The notes: generated from the letters alone by a model not told the origin. DNA of 64,000 nt from Bacteroidota bacterium (GCA_026391795.1 JAPLDI010000033.1:1598-65597), one strand, 5' to 3'; counted from the first letter of the stretch, positions 46,076 to 55,256 are shown. Numbers and translations: made by a program.

Positions 46076-46143
46076 ATGTGTGAATGATGTAACTGTTTGC
46101 AATCTTTGTGTAACAATCTTCTTTCCCTCCCGCAATAACTTTA
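46076..46143 (+). promoter_or_regulatory. Composite GTAAC-type promoter (f), upstream of the small membrane protein
   Basis: ATGTGTGAATGATGTAAC 46076-46093. GTAAC 46110-46114. TTTA (variant of TTTG) 46140-46143. Confidence 0.65.
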
Positions 46144-46193
46144 TAGTCTTAAATTCTAAATCGGTTAAGTATTCATTTACTAAAATTAAAGCT

Positions 46194-46355
46194 ATGGCAA
46201 GGTTATTATTGATTATCGGGTTGATTCTCGTAGTTCTTTGGCTGTTGGGGTTATTTGCATTTCATGTGACCACACCGGTTTTTCACGCACTGATCATCAT
46301 CGGTGTCATCCTGATCATTCTCGATCTTGCAAACAGCCGCCGCAACTGGTGGTGA
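46194..46355 (+). CDS. lmo0937-like small membrane protein (53 aa)
   Basis: MARLLLIIGLILVVLWLLGLFAFHVTTPVFHALIIIGVILIILDLANSRRNWW: two TM helices and a basic tail. Start 54 nt downstream of promoter (f). Confidence 0.6.
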   Translation: MARLLLIIGLILVVLWLLGLFAFHVTTPVFHALIIIGVILIILDLANSRRNWW

Positions 46356-46405
46356 TGATGCCGAATCCCCGTTTTTACATTCATGCAGATTAACAACATA
46401 TAACA

Positions 46406-46747
46406 ATGAAAATCGCCATAAACAGCCACAGGAAAATATTTGCCATCCAGGAGGAATTCAGCACGATGTTCCCGGAACTTACCATAGCATTTTATGCAAA
46501 ACCCAGCCACCATGACGGTGCTCCATCCAAAAAACTGGTCATGCACAGCAGCAGGACCTTACAGGATTGCAGGGTCAACGGTAATGAAGGGACCATAGAA
46601 GTACTGCCTACCATGAGCGTTTCCGATCTCAAGGAAAATCTTCAGGATATCTTCGGATTGTCGGCTGAGATATTTCCAAAACCCAAGAATGGCATTGCTG
46701 AAGATCCTGTAAAGGGGAACATGATCCTCGAAGAAATAAACAGGTAA
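46406..46747 (+). CDS. Hypothetical protein
   Basis: 113-aa ORF with coding-like composition and no family motif I recognise. Confidence 0.45.
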   Translation: MKIAINSHRKIFAIQEEFSTMFPELTIAFYAKPSHHDGAPSKKLVMHSSRTLQDCRVNGNEGTIEVLPTMSVSDLKENLQDIFGLSAEIFPKPKNGIAEDPVKGNMILEEINR

Positions 46748-46821
46748 TATTCCCTGACTGCGCTCGTCTGTTTTTTATTTCAGATGACCTTTCCTTTCCT
46801 GATCAGAATCCCTTCTTTTTG

Positions 46822-46912
46822 ATGTGTGAATGATGTAACTTATTCCTAAGTTTATGTAACGCAAAAGCGGTTGAACCCATCGACCTTTGTATTCTTGTGA
46901 AAAGTAATTCAC
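46822..46912 (+). promoter_or_regulatory. Composite GTAAC-type promoter (g), upstream of the ice-binding-like T9SS protein
   Basis: ATGTGTGAATGATGTAAC 46822-46839. GTAAC 46856-46860. TTTG 46886-46889. GTGAA-N6-TTCAC 46897-46912. Confidence 0.75.
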
Positions 46913-46931
46913 AAGCTAATCCAGATCATTT

Positions 46932-48551
46932 ATGAAAACACGAGTACGTAATACAGTAGCTGCATTGATGCTGCTCTTAATACCCGCCCTGACTTTTGCA
47001 CAGGCTCCTCCGTTGGGAACAGCTGCAGGGTTTGTCCTCTTCTCCACAGTTGGCGCAGTCACCAATTCCGGAATTTCCCAGGTTACCGGCAATGTGGGAA
47101 CGAACAGCGGTTCGAGCACGGGTTTCGGAAATGTGAACGGTGTGATGAACGATAACAATGGTGCAAGTGCACAGTGTGCGGCAGACCTCCTGATTGCCTA
47201 CAATCTCCTGAACAGTACCGTCCCGGGATTCTTTCCGGGGAATTTGCTTGGAAACGGGCAGACACTGGTTCCCGGTGTATATTCTGTTGGGGATGCAACG
47301 ACATTGAACCTTGATCTTATCCTGGATGGACAATTCAGCCTGAATTCAGTTTTTATTTTTCAGATCCAGGGAGCCTTCTCCACAAACCCTGGTTCGAGTG
47401 TCACGTTGATAAACGGTGCGCAGGCATGTAACGTGTTCTGGAAGGTGGAAGGCCTGGTAAGCATGGCTGCCGGTACAGCCATGAAAGGAACGGTGATTGC
47501 CAATAATGCCGCCATTAACATGAACACCGGTGATATACTGGAGGGAAGAGCGCTTTCGACTGCCGGTGCTGTTACTGTTGACGGAGTCCTTGCCTTTACG
47601 CCCATCGGGTGCGGAAGTCCCGTACTTACCGGACCCATTGCTCCTGCCCTGGGTACCACTGAATGTTATGCCTTGTTTTCAGGTGACGGTCCGGTTTCAA
47701 ACTCCGGGATAACCACGGTCACCGGAGATGTCGGTACGAACTTAGGTTTGACGACAGGTTTCGATCCGCTTCTTGTAACAGGCACCATACATCCCATTCC
47801 GGATGCTTCAACAGTACAATGTGCTGCCGACCTGGGGGTTGTTTATTCGTACCTGAACACGCTGCCTTACGATATTGAATTGCTTTATCCGGCACAGTTT
47901 GGGAACAACCTCGTTCTGACACCGCATACCTACCTGCTTAACGCAGCCACCGTATTTACCGATACCCTCTATCTCAATGCACTTGGCAACGATAATGCCG
48001 TGTTTGTAATCAAGATGAACGGTGCCCTTTCAACGAGCACTTATTCCAAGGTTATCCTGATTAACGGAACGCAGGCAAAAAATGTTTACTGGAAAATTGA
48101 AGGTGCTGTGGGCATCAACAACTATTCGGTGTTTTGCGGAACAATCATCTGCAATAACGGTGCCCTGGGCGCACTGAATACCGGTGTCGTACTTGACGGC
48201 AGGGCACTTACCACAACAGGTGCACTGACAACTACAGCCATTGCTGCAGCCATACCTTCGGCCTGCGTCCCCGCCGGCATATCCCCATTGAATAATGGAA
48301 AAACGGATGCAACGATTGTCACGCCCAACCCTTTCGGTTCATTTCTAACCATAGCGTTCAATGATGGATACAAGATCGATAATTGCCAGCTCCGGGTCTA
48401 TACCATTACAGGGGCAGAAGTAATGCATACGCCGATTACTGCACAGGTAACCACGCTTGATATGCGTTCACTGAAATCAGGTATCTATCTCTACAAGATC
48501 ATCAATGGCAATGCTGTAATTCAATCCGGCAAACTGGTTTCACAACAATAA
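46932..48551 (+). CDS. Tandem ice-binding-like (DUF3494) protein with T9SS C-terminal sorting domain
   Basis: Two copies of the DUF3494 N-terminal signature: LGTAAGFVLFSTVGAVTNSGISQVTGNVGTN..STGF and LGTTECYALFSGDGPVSNSGITTVTGDVGTNLGLTTGF. Each is followed by ...VFWKVEG / VYWKIEG...GRAL. CTD: TPNPFGSFLTIAF...GIYLYKI. Confidence 0.75.
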   Translation: MKTRVRNTVAALMLLLIPALTFAQAPPLGTAAGFVLFSTVGAVTNSGISQVTGNVGTNSGSSTGFGNVNGVMNDNNGASAQCAADLLIAYNLLNSTVPGFFPGNLLGNGQTLVPGVYSVGDATTLNLDLILDGQFSLNSVFIFQIQGAFSTNPGSSVTLINGAQACNVFWKVEGLVSMAAGTAMKGTVIANNAAINMNTGDILEGRALSTAGAVTVDGVLAFTPIGCGSPVLTGPIAPALGTTECYALFSGDGPVSNSGITTVTGDVGTNLGLTTGFDPLLVTGTIHPIPDASTVQCAADLGVVYSYLNTLPYDIELLYPAQFGNNLVLTPHTYLLNAATVFTDTLYLNALGNDNAVFVIKMNGALSTSTYSKVILINGTQAKNVYWKIEGAVGINNYSVFCGTIICNNGALGALNTGVVLDGRALTTTGALTTTAIAAAIPSACVPAGISPLNNGKTDATIVTPNPFGSFLTIAFNDGYKIDNCQLRVYTITGAEVMHTPITAQVTTLDMRSLKSGIYLYKIINGNAVIQSGKLVSQQ

Positions 48552-48570
48552 TTTCTTCTTTTTCATGGTA

Positions 48571-48612
48571 AGCCCACTATCCTGACTGAGAACAGGGTAG
48601 GGGCTTTTTTTT
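48571..48612 (+). terminator. Rho-independent terminator downstream of the ice-binding-like gene
   Basis: AGCCCACTATCCTG...CAGGGTAGGGGCT imperfect stem followed by T8 (48605-48612). Confidence 0.7.
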
Positions 48613-48632
48613 GGACGACAACACCTTATTGA

Positions 48633-48720
48633 ATGTGGGAATGATGTAACATAATGAAGAAGTTATGTAACACTTTCCGGCGCAAACGGTGGCACCTTTG
48701 TGGTGTGGAAATACATTCAC
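48633..48720 (+). promoter_or_regulatory. Composite GTAAC-type promoter (h), upstream of the CsbD gene
   Basis: ATGTGGGAATGATGTAAC 48633-48650. GTAAC 48667-48671. TTTG 48697-48700. GTGGA-N6-TTCAC 48705-48720. Confidence 0.75.
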
Positions 48721-48738
48721 AAATTAATATCCTGTAAA

Positions 48739-48927
48739 ATGATAAACACTACCGAGTTAAAAGGGAACTGGAACGAGCAGAAAGGCAAACTCAAAAAGAA
48801 ATTTGCCATCCTCACCGACAATGATCTCTTGTTTAAAGACGGCAGAAAAGATGAAATGCTGGGAAAACTCCAGGTAAAACTTGGGAAAACAAAAGAACAG
48901 CTGCATGCCATCATTTCTTCCCTGTAA
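48739..48927 (+). CDS. CsbD-family general stress protein
   Basis: ELKGNWNEQKGKLKKKFAILTDNDLLFKDGRKDEMLGKLQVKLGKTKEQ: classical CsbD pattern. ATG 42 nt downstream of the promoter (h) TTTG. Confidence 0.85.
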   Translation: MINTTELKGNWNEQKGKLKKKFAILTDNDLLFKDGRKDEMLGKLQVKLGKTKEQLHAIISSL

Positions 48928-48945
48928 TCAGCATCGTGATTTAAG

Positions 48946-48985
48946 AATTCATCGCTTACCGGCAATCGTTAGACGATGAATTTTT
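48946..48985 (+). terminator. Candidate terminator downstream of the CsbD gene
   Basis: AATTCATCG (48946-48954) / CGATGAATT (48974-48982) followed by TTT. Long 19-nt loop. Confidence 0.4.
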
Positions 48986-49010
48986 AGGTTACCGCAGAGG
49001 TCTTAACCCA

Positions 49011-49883
49011 TTGACTATGAGAAAAATCACCCCTGTTATTAAAAAGCTCAACCCTGTCAGGGTAATCCCGAAAATTCGCCAGGGAGCAACAAAGCGTGCC
49101 GTCAAACTCACTGAGAAAACCATTGAGAAAACCGCGATCGCGAGCAATTTTCTTGCGGATGTGGCGAATGTCTTTTTGTTTATCACGACGACATTCAAAG
49201 AGATGTTTTCGAAAGAGTTTGAGTTTAAGGAATTTTTCCGCCAATGTTTTCAGATCGGGTATAAATCGTTGCCCCTGATTTCCGTAACCGGGATCATCAT
49301 GGGCCTTGTGCTAACTATTCAGTCGCGACCCGCACTTGCGAGCTTCGGGGCGGTATCGATGCTCCCGGGCATGGTGGCCATTTCGCTCATCCGTGAAATG
49401 GGACCGGTCATTACCGCCTTGATATGCGCAGGTAAGATTGGTTCAGGTATGGGAGCAGAGCTGGGTTCGATGCGGGTAACAGAGCAGATTGATGCAATGG
49501 AAGTATCCTCAACCAACCCTTTCCGGTTTTTAATCGTGACAAGGATCCTGGCAGCAACACTGATGGTCCCTTTGCTGGTTTTGTATGCAGATGGACTTGG
49601 CTTGCTTGGGAGCTGGGCAGGGGCAAATATCAAAGGAGATGTATCCTATGTTCTGTTCTTTGCACAGGCATTCAGCCATGTTCATTTTATGGACTTTTTA
49701 CCGGCAGTCATCAAAACCTTCTTTTTTGGAGGAGTGATCGGTTTTGTGGGGTGCTATCGGGGATACACCGCCGGCAGGGGTACTGAAAGCGTTGGTGTTG
49801 CAGCCAATTCAGCGGTAGTACAGGCTTCACTGCTTGTGATCATCGTCGACCTGATTGCCGTTCAGATCACAGACATGCTATAA
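49011..49883 (+). CDS. mlaE: MlaE-family ABC transporter permease
   Basis: FFRQCFQIGYKSLPLISVTGIIMGLVLTIQ, GAELGSMRVTEQIDAMEV. The start codon is uncertain (N-terminal extension). Confidence 0.8.
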   Translation: MTMRKITPVIKKLNPVRVIPKIRQGATKRAVKLTEKTIEKTAIASNFLADVANVFLFITTTFKEMFSKEFEFKEFFRQCFQIGYKSLPLISVTGIIMGLVLTIQSRPALASFGAVSMLPGMVAISLIREMGPVITALICAGKIGSGMGAELGSMRVTEQIDAMEVSSTNPFRFLIVTRILAATLMVPLLVLYADGLGLLGSWAGANIKGDVSYVLFFAQAFSHVHFMDFLPAVIKTFFFGGVIGFVGCYRGYTAGRGTESVGVAANSAVVQASLLVIIVDLIAVQITDML

Positions 49884-49886
49884 ATC

Positions 49887-49928
49887 AATTACGAATTACG
49901 AATTACGAATTACGAATTACGAATTATG
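49887..49928. repeat. Perfect microsatellite (AATTACG)x5 plus AATTATG, which contains the mlaF start codon
   Basis: In-phase heptamers 49887-49921. The sixth unit, AATTATG, supplies ATG 49926-49928. The tract fills the mlaE-mlaF gap. Confidence 0.9.
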
Positions 49929-50702
49929 ACTGATAACCAAACATCAGGGAAAGCCGGGGATCAAAGTAACACCGGAAAAAAGGTTATAGAGATTAACAAT
50001 CTCCGGAAAGGGTTTGTCAACCAGGACGTATTGCAGGATGTTTCGCTGAAACTGATGGATGGCGAAAACCTGGTGGTACTTGGGAAATCCGGTTCCGGGA
50101 AATCGGTGCTGATTAAATGCATTGTCAGGCTGCTGGATCCCGAAGCAGGTACGATCCGGGTTTTTGGTGATGATGTGATGGCTATGAGCAGTGACGGGTT
50201 GGGAGAGATGAGAAAGAAAATAGGATTCCTTTTTCAGAGCGGGGCCCTTTATGATTCCATGACGGTGAAACAAAACCTGGAATTTCCCTTGCGAAGAATC
50301 AAAAAAGAATTGAGCCAAAAAGAACGAAACGATAAAATAATTGAAGTCCTTGAACAGGTTGGTTTGTCCGACACCATGGATAAAATACCATCACAGTTGT
50401 CGGGCGGGATGCGCAAGCGGATCAGCCTGGCACGAACCATCGTCGTTGATCCCCTGATCATGCTCTATGACGAGCCAACAACAGGGCTCGACCCGGTGAC
50501 ATCCGATGAGATCAGTTCCCTTATCAATTATGTGCAGGAAAAATACAAAACCTCTTCAATCATCATCACGCACGACATCGAATGTGCACGTGCAACTGCC
50601 AACCGGATCATCATGCTCCAGGATGGCGAAGTTTACCAGGAGGGTAAACTTGATGATTTTGAGAAGTCGGAAGACCCTTTAATAAAGTCATTCTTTAAAT
50701 AA
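49926..50702 (+). CDS. mlaF: MlaF-like ABC transporter ATP-binding protein
   Basis: Walker A GKSGSGKS, signature LSGGMRKR, Walker B MLYDEPTTGLD. Confidence 0.85.
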   Translation: MTDNQTSGKAGDQSNTGKKVIEINNLRKGFVNQDVLQDVSLKLMDGENLVVLGKSGSGKSVLIKCIVRLLDPEAGTIRVFGDDVMAMSSDGLGEMRKKIGFLFQSGALYDSMTVKQNLEFPLRRIKKELSQKERNDKIIEVLEQVGLSDTMDKIPSQLSGGMRKRISLARTIVVDPLIMLYDEPTTGLDPVTSDEISSLINYVQEKYKTSSIIITHDIECARATANRIIMLQDGEVYQEGKLDDFEKSEDPLIKSFFK

Positions 50703-50736
50703 CAGTTTATCAAATCAGAAGTTAATACGAACCATC

Positions 50737-51555
50737 ATGGATACGCACTCACAGAAATTTAAAATACGACTTGGACTGTTCATTGCCGGTGGACTGGCGC
50801 TTTTCGTAATCGCCATCTTCGTCATCGGGAAACAGAAAAACCTGTTCAATCCGGTTTTTAAACTTACCACTACATTTTATAATGTGAGCGGTTTGCAGGT
50901 CGGAAATAACGTCCGTTTCTCAGGCATTACGGTGGGTACGGTTGATAACATTAAAATCATCAATGATTCAACGGTTCAGGTCGATATGTATATTAAAAAG
51001 GATGTTCAGCGCTTTATCAGGATTGACTGTGAAGCTGGAATAGGCTCCTCCGGCATTATTGGCGACCGTGTTCTGCTTATTTCACAAAGCGGTACGGAGG
51101 CACCGATTGTAAAGGACGGACAAAAGATATCTTCAAAAGAACCGGTTGAAACGGATGCCATCATGGCAAGCCTGAGAGTCACGGCATACAATGCGGAAAT
51201 TGTCTCCGAAGAACTTGCAAATATCATGCTGAAGGTAAACAGCGGACAGGGGACCATCGGACGGCTGATCCAGGATACGGGTATTGCCGACAATTTGAGC
51301 AAAACCATGGTGAATATCAGGAAAAGCAGCAAAGGTCTCAATGAAAATATGGAAGCAGCCAAGCACAACTTTCTTTTGAAGGGGTATTTTAACAAGAAGG
51401 CAAAAAGAGAACAAGAGGTGAAAGACAGCATCGCAAAAGCAAATGCCAAAGAACAGAAGGCAATTGATAAAAAGGACGCAAAGGAAGCAAAGGAAAAAGA
51501 GAAAAAGGCAGCAGAGGAAGTAAAGGGAAAAGAGAAAAAGGCTGAACTTAACTAG
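50737..51555 (+). CDS. mlaD: MlaD/MCE-domain protein with a K/E-rich tail
   Basis: N-terminal TM helix, MCE core (F.NVSGLQVGNNVRFSGITVGTV), lysine/glutamate-rich C-terminus. Confidence 0.8.
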   Translation: MDTHSQKFKIRLGLFIAGGLALFVIAIFVIGKQKNLFNPVFKLTTTFYNVSGLQVGNNVRFSGITVGTVDNIKIINDSTVQVDMYIKKDVQRFIRIDCEAGIGSSGIIGDRVLLISQSGTEAPIVKDGQKISSKEPVETDAIMASLRVTAYNAEIVSEELANIMLKVNSGQGTIGRLIQDTGIADNLSKTMVNIRKSSKGLNENMEAAKHNFLLKGYFNKKAKREQEVKDSIAKANAKEQKAIDKKDAKEAKEKEKKAAEEVKGKEKKAELN

Positions 51556-51629
51556 CCGGTATCCTTATCCGGTGTGCAAACCTGCATTTTCAATGATGGA
51601 TTCAAAATGATTAGAAATGGTACCTTCAG

Positions 51630-52682
51630 ATGGGATTCAGGAATTTTTTCATCCTTGGTTTTGTGCTGTTTTCCTTAAATGGAAAGATGTTTGCGCAGGA
51701 TACCATCCCCAAAAAGGATTCAACCCATCTCTATGAGAATATTGAGACGTTCTCTAAAAAAAGCAAGTTTACAGCGTTTTTATACAACCAGGTTTTCAGA
51801 CCGATCGAGAAAAAGTCGGTTAAAAAGAAGGGTTATAAAAAGCTGATCAGGAGGTCATACAGGGACTTCGAGGGAAAAATGATCAGGAATATTAAAATTG
51901 AAACCCTTGATCCCTTCAGTAACATCACAGCCGATACCCTTCCGGGGAAACAGAACATTATCTCAAAGACAGGGAATGCACTGCATGTAAAAACCCTTCC
52001 CATCACTATCCGGAACCTGATACTGATCCGCGAAAACCACCCCTTTGATTCATTGCTGGTAAAAGAATCCGAAAGGCTGATCCGCAGCCAGGGATATGTG
52101 GAGGATGTTTTGTTTTTTATTACCCCTGCATCCGCAAAATCCGATTCAGTAGATATCACCATCCGCGAACTGGATAAATGGAGCATCATACCGGTCCTTG
52201 GCATTTCCTCCACCCACCTCTCCCTTCAACTGACTGACAAAAATTTCCTGGGGTTAGGGCATGAGATTAAAGCTTCGTTTGGCTGGAATACCACCAATGG
52301 CGATAACGCTTATGGTGGAAGTTATCAGATTCCCAATATCCTCAATACGTATATAAACACAACGGTGGTCTACTGGACGGATGAACCCCGGAATTTTCTG
52401 AAGAGTTTGTCGGTCGACCGGCCCTTTTTCTCACCCTATGCAAGATGGGCAGGAGGCGTTTATTTTACCTTGCAATTTCACCAGGATTCAATACGGGCAA
52501 GGGATTCATCCATGTTTTTGCAGAATTTCAGGGTCAACACCCAGGATTACTGGGGAGGTTTTTCAACCCCTGTATTCAAAGAGAATACTGAATTTTTTCG
52601 TGCGACCAATTTTATCACCACACTGCGCTTCCTGAGGATGCGCTTTCTGGAAAAGCCGGTTGAGGCGATTGACACGATGTAG
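51630..52682 (+). CDS. BamA/TamA-like outer-membrane protein, N-terminal part (POTRA plus start of barrel), ending at an in-frame TAG
   Basis: Signal peptide, POTRA-like IRNIKIETLDPF...LLVKESERLIRSQGYVEDV. The ORF stops at TAG 52680-52682 and continues in the same frame. Confidence 0.65.
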   Translation: MGFRNFFILGFVLFSLNGKMFAQDTIPKKDSTHLYENIETFSKKSKFTAFLYNQVFRPIEKKSVKKKGYKKLIRRSYRDFEGKMIRNIKIETLDPFSNITADTLPGKQNIISKTGNALHVKTLPITIRNLILIRENHPFDSLLVKESERLIRSQGYVEDVLFFITPASAKSDSVDITIRELDKWSIIPVLGISSTHLSLQLTDKNFLGLGHEIKASFGWNTTNGDNAYGGSYQIPNILNTYINTTVVYWTDEPRNFLKSLSVDRPFFSPYARWAGGVYFTLQFHQDSIRARDSSMFLQNFRVNTQDYWGGFSTPVFKENTEFFRATNFITTLRFLRMRFLEKPVEAIDTM

Positions 52683-52706
52683 ATCTATTCCAATGAAAAC
52701 TTTTAC

Positions 52707-53459
52707 ATGGCCAGCGTCGGGATCTCCATTCGCAGGTATGTTCAGGACAAATACATCTTCAACTTTGGCCAGGTTGAAGATGTCCCCGTTGGCAAGGTCT
52801 TGTTGCTGACTGCCGGTTACCGGGAAAAGAACAATACAGGCCATTTATACCTTGGGGCACGGATCTCGTTTGGAAATTATTTTACCTGGGGATACCTGGG
52901 CGCGAGCGCGGAATACGGAACGTTTTTTCGGAGGCTTCATGCAGAACAGGGTGTGTTCTCGGCCAGCGTAAATTATTTCACGGGTTTACTTGAAATCGGG
53001 AAATGGACATTCCGGCAATTTTTAAAATCGAATATCACGATTGGCATCAACAGGTTATCGTATGAAAATATGACCCTTAACGATGCCTACGGAATCGATG
53101 GGTTTACTAGCCCTTCGTTGACGGGGAACAGCCGCCTTTTAATTACCCTGCAAACGCAGGCCTACACCCCCTGGAATTTACTCGGCTTTCATATCGGCCC
53201 GTTCTTCAATTATTCGATCGGTATGCTCAGTGCGGCTTCCGGTGGGTTTAAAAAAAGCAAATTGTATTCACAAATAGGACTGGGTTTCCTTCTTAAAAAC
53301 TACTATTTGTTTATAAGCACTTTCCAGATCTCTGTTTCCTATTATCCGTCAATGCCGGGATATGGCGACAATGTTTTCAGGTTCAATTCATTGAATACGT
53401 ATGATTATGGATTCAATGACTTTGAGGTTGGGAAGCCGGGTATCGTTAACTACCGTTGA
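52707..53459 (+). CDS. BamA/TamA-like outer-membrane protein, C-terminal barrel part (same frame as 51630-52682)
   Basis: Beta-barrel strand pattern ending in an aromatic residue. Both segments share reading frame 0 (51630 and 52707 are both divisible by 3). Confidence 0.6.
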   Translation: MASVGISIRRYVQDKYIFNFGQVEDVPVGKVLLLTAGYREKNNTGHLYLGARISFGNYFTWGYLGASAEYGTFFRRLHAEQGVFSASVNYFTGLLEIGKWTFRQFLKSNITIGINRLSYENMTLNDAYGIDGFTSPSLTGNSRLLITLQTQAYTPWNLLGFHIGPFFNYSIGMLSAASGGFKKSKLYSQIGLGFLLKNYYLFISTFQISVSYYPSMPGYGDNVFRFNSLNTYDYGFNDFEVGKPGIVNYR

Positions 53460-53500
53460 AAGGAGATGCGATATCCCTGATGCATTTCCGTACTTATTGG

Positions 53501-53568
53501 AAGTGGCAATGATGTAACTCTTTTCATTAATTGTGTAACAGGTTGCGGGAGTTCCCAACCCACCTTTG
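53501..53568 (+). promoter_or_regulatory. Composite GTAAC-type promoter (i), upstream of the DUF3943-like gene
   Basis: AAGTGGCAATGATGTAAC 53501-53518. GTAAC 53535-53539. TTTG 53565-53568. Only a half palindrome (GTGAA 53573-53577). Confidence 0.65.
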
Positions 53569-53682
53569 TAGTGTGAATTATACTCATTCCTTACCAGGTA
53601 TCCCCGGGAGATCACTTACGGAAAAGTTTTGCTGATACTGGAAGAATGCCAAGTGAAATCTAAGAAAGTCAACTAATCAACA

Positions 53683-55254
53683 ATGAAAACAACCTTCATT
53701 ATACTTCTTTCGCTCTTCGTGTCATTGCTACTGAATGGGCAGGATGTGCCCCGACAGGATTCAACGAAGGTGGCACCCAATGACACGCTGACTCCCGGCA
53801 TCGACAGCCCGAAAAAGCAACTTGACAAAATCAAGGAAGTAAAGGTGGAGAAGCTCTCCGATTCAACCGGTAACGAGCCGGTAAAAAGCCCCCTTGTGGA
53901 TACCACGAAACAGAACAAATACGGGGACCTGCTTGAGGATGACACAGCCTACAACAAGAGATATCCATTCTGGATCCCTGCGCTTGAGGTGGTCGGTACT
54001 CTCACGCTTACGGTAGCGCTCGACAGGTATCTTTTGAATGCGGATTATGCGCGTATAGGGCCTGCCACATGGAAATATAATATAGATAAGGGATGGGAAT
54101 GGGATGCTGACCGCTTCGGTGTTAATTTTATCGGTCACCCTTACTCCGGAACACTCTCCTTCAATGCCGGGCGTTCGAACGGGTATAATTTTTACCAGTC
54201 GTTTGGCATGGCATTCGGGGGAAGCCTTCTGTGGGAATATTTCGGCGAAAACACGCGTCCGTCTTACAACGATATTATCTACACACCCATCAACGGTGCC
54301 TTTTTCGGGGAGATCCTCTACCGCTTGAGTTCGAACATTCTCGACGACCGCACAAGGGGTGCCGACCGGGTTTTCCGTGAAATAGCTGCGGGGCTGGTTG
54401 ATCCCATGCGCGGCTTTAACAGGCTGATCCAGGGGAAATCGTTCCGGCATACCAACAAAGAGGTTTATGAGAAGGAGCCGCTTAATATCTCCTTGTATGG
54501 AGGCGTACGCCGGGTCAATGAAATTTCGAACGATATCTTTGGTAGTGGTACCTACAGCGCAATATTCAATGCGCAGTTTGATTATGGAAATCCTTTTGAG
54601 GTACGCAAACGGAAGCCTTATGATTTTTTCAAACTCCGTGTGGATTTAAACTTCGGGGTTGGACGGAAATATCTTGATAACATTCTCGGCTATGGGATTT
54701 TATTCGGGAAGAATTACCAGGTGGGAAAAATGGCACTCCTCCTGGGCGGTTATCAGTATTTTGATTACTGGGACAATAAAAAGTTTGAGCTGGGAACCAT
54801 CGGTTTCGGCGGGGGATTGATTTCAAAATTACCCCTGAGCAAGACAAGTAATATTTATACACGGCTCCACGTTGCTCTCGTACCTTTGGGGGGAAACAGC
54901 ATCAAGGTCCGGTCAGATACATCGCAATTCAGGGATTACAATTTTATCGGGGGACTGGAGACAAAGTTTGAAACGACGATCAACCTTGGTAAATACCTGA
55001 CGGCTACACTCTACTACTATTTTTATGTATTGCGGACTTACATCGGCACAAGCGGCACTAACAATGTCCACATTCTGAAACCCAGAATTACAGTACGGCT
55101 ATACAAACAACTGAGCATAGGATGTGAATATCAGCTATACTACGATAACCTCTACCAGCGAAACCTTCCTGCCTTGCATTCAGTGCAGTCAGAACAGAAA
55201 GTCTTCCTGCTCTTCTTCCTGGAAGATCGTCAGCGGAGAGGATATTACAATTAA
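53683..55254 (+). CDS. DUF3943-like envelope protein
   Basis: Signal peptide. FGVNFIGHPYSGTLSFNAGRSNGYNFYQSF...LWEYFGE resembles my recollection of DUF3943. Beta-rich C-terminal half. Confidence 0.5.
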   Translation: MKTTFIILLSLFVSLLLNGQDVPRQDSTKVAPNDTLTPGIDSPKKQLDKIKEVKVEKLSDSTGNEPVKSPLVDTTKQNKYGDLLEDDTAYNKRYPFWIPALEVVGTLTLTVALDRYLLNADYARIGPATWKYNIDKGWEWDADRFGVNFIGHPYSGTLSFNAGRSNGYNFYQSFGMAFGGSLLWEYFGENTRPSYNDIIYTPINGAFFGEILYRLSSNILDDRTRGADRVFREIAAGLVDPMRGFNRLIQGKSFRHTNKEVYEKEPLNISLYGGVRRVNEISNDIFGSGTYSAIFNAQFDYGNPFEVRKRKPYDFFKLRVDLNFGVGRKYLDNILGYGILFGKNYQVGKMALLLGGYQYFDYWDNKKFELGTIGFGGGLISKLPLSKTSNIYTRLHVALVPLGGNSIKVRSDTSQFRDYNFIGGLETKFETTINLGKYLTATLYYYFYVLRTYIGTSGTNNVHILKPRITVRLYKQLSIGCEYQLYYDNLYQRNLPALHSVQSEQKVFLLFFLEDRQRRGYYN

Positions 55255-55256
55255 TC

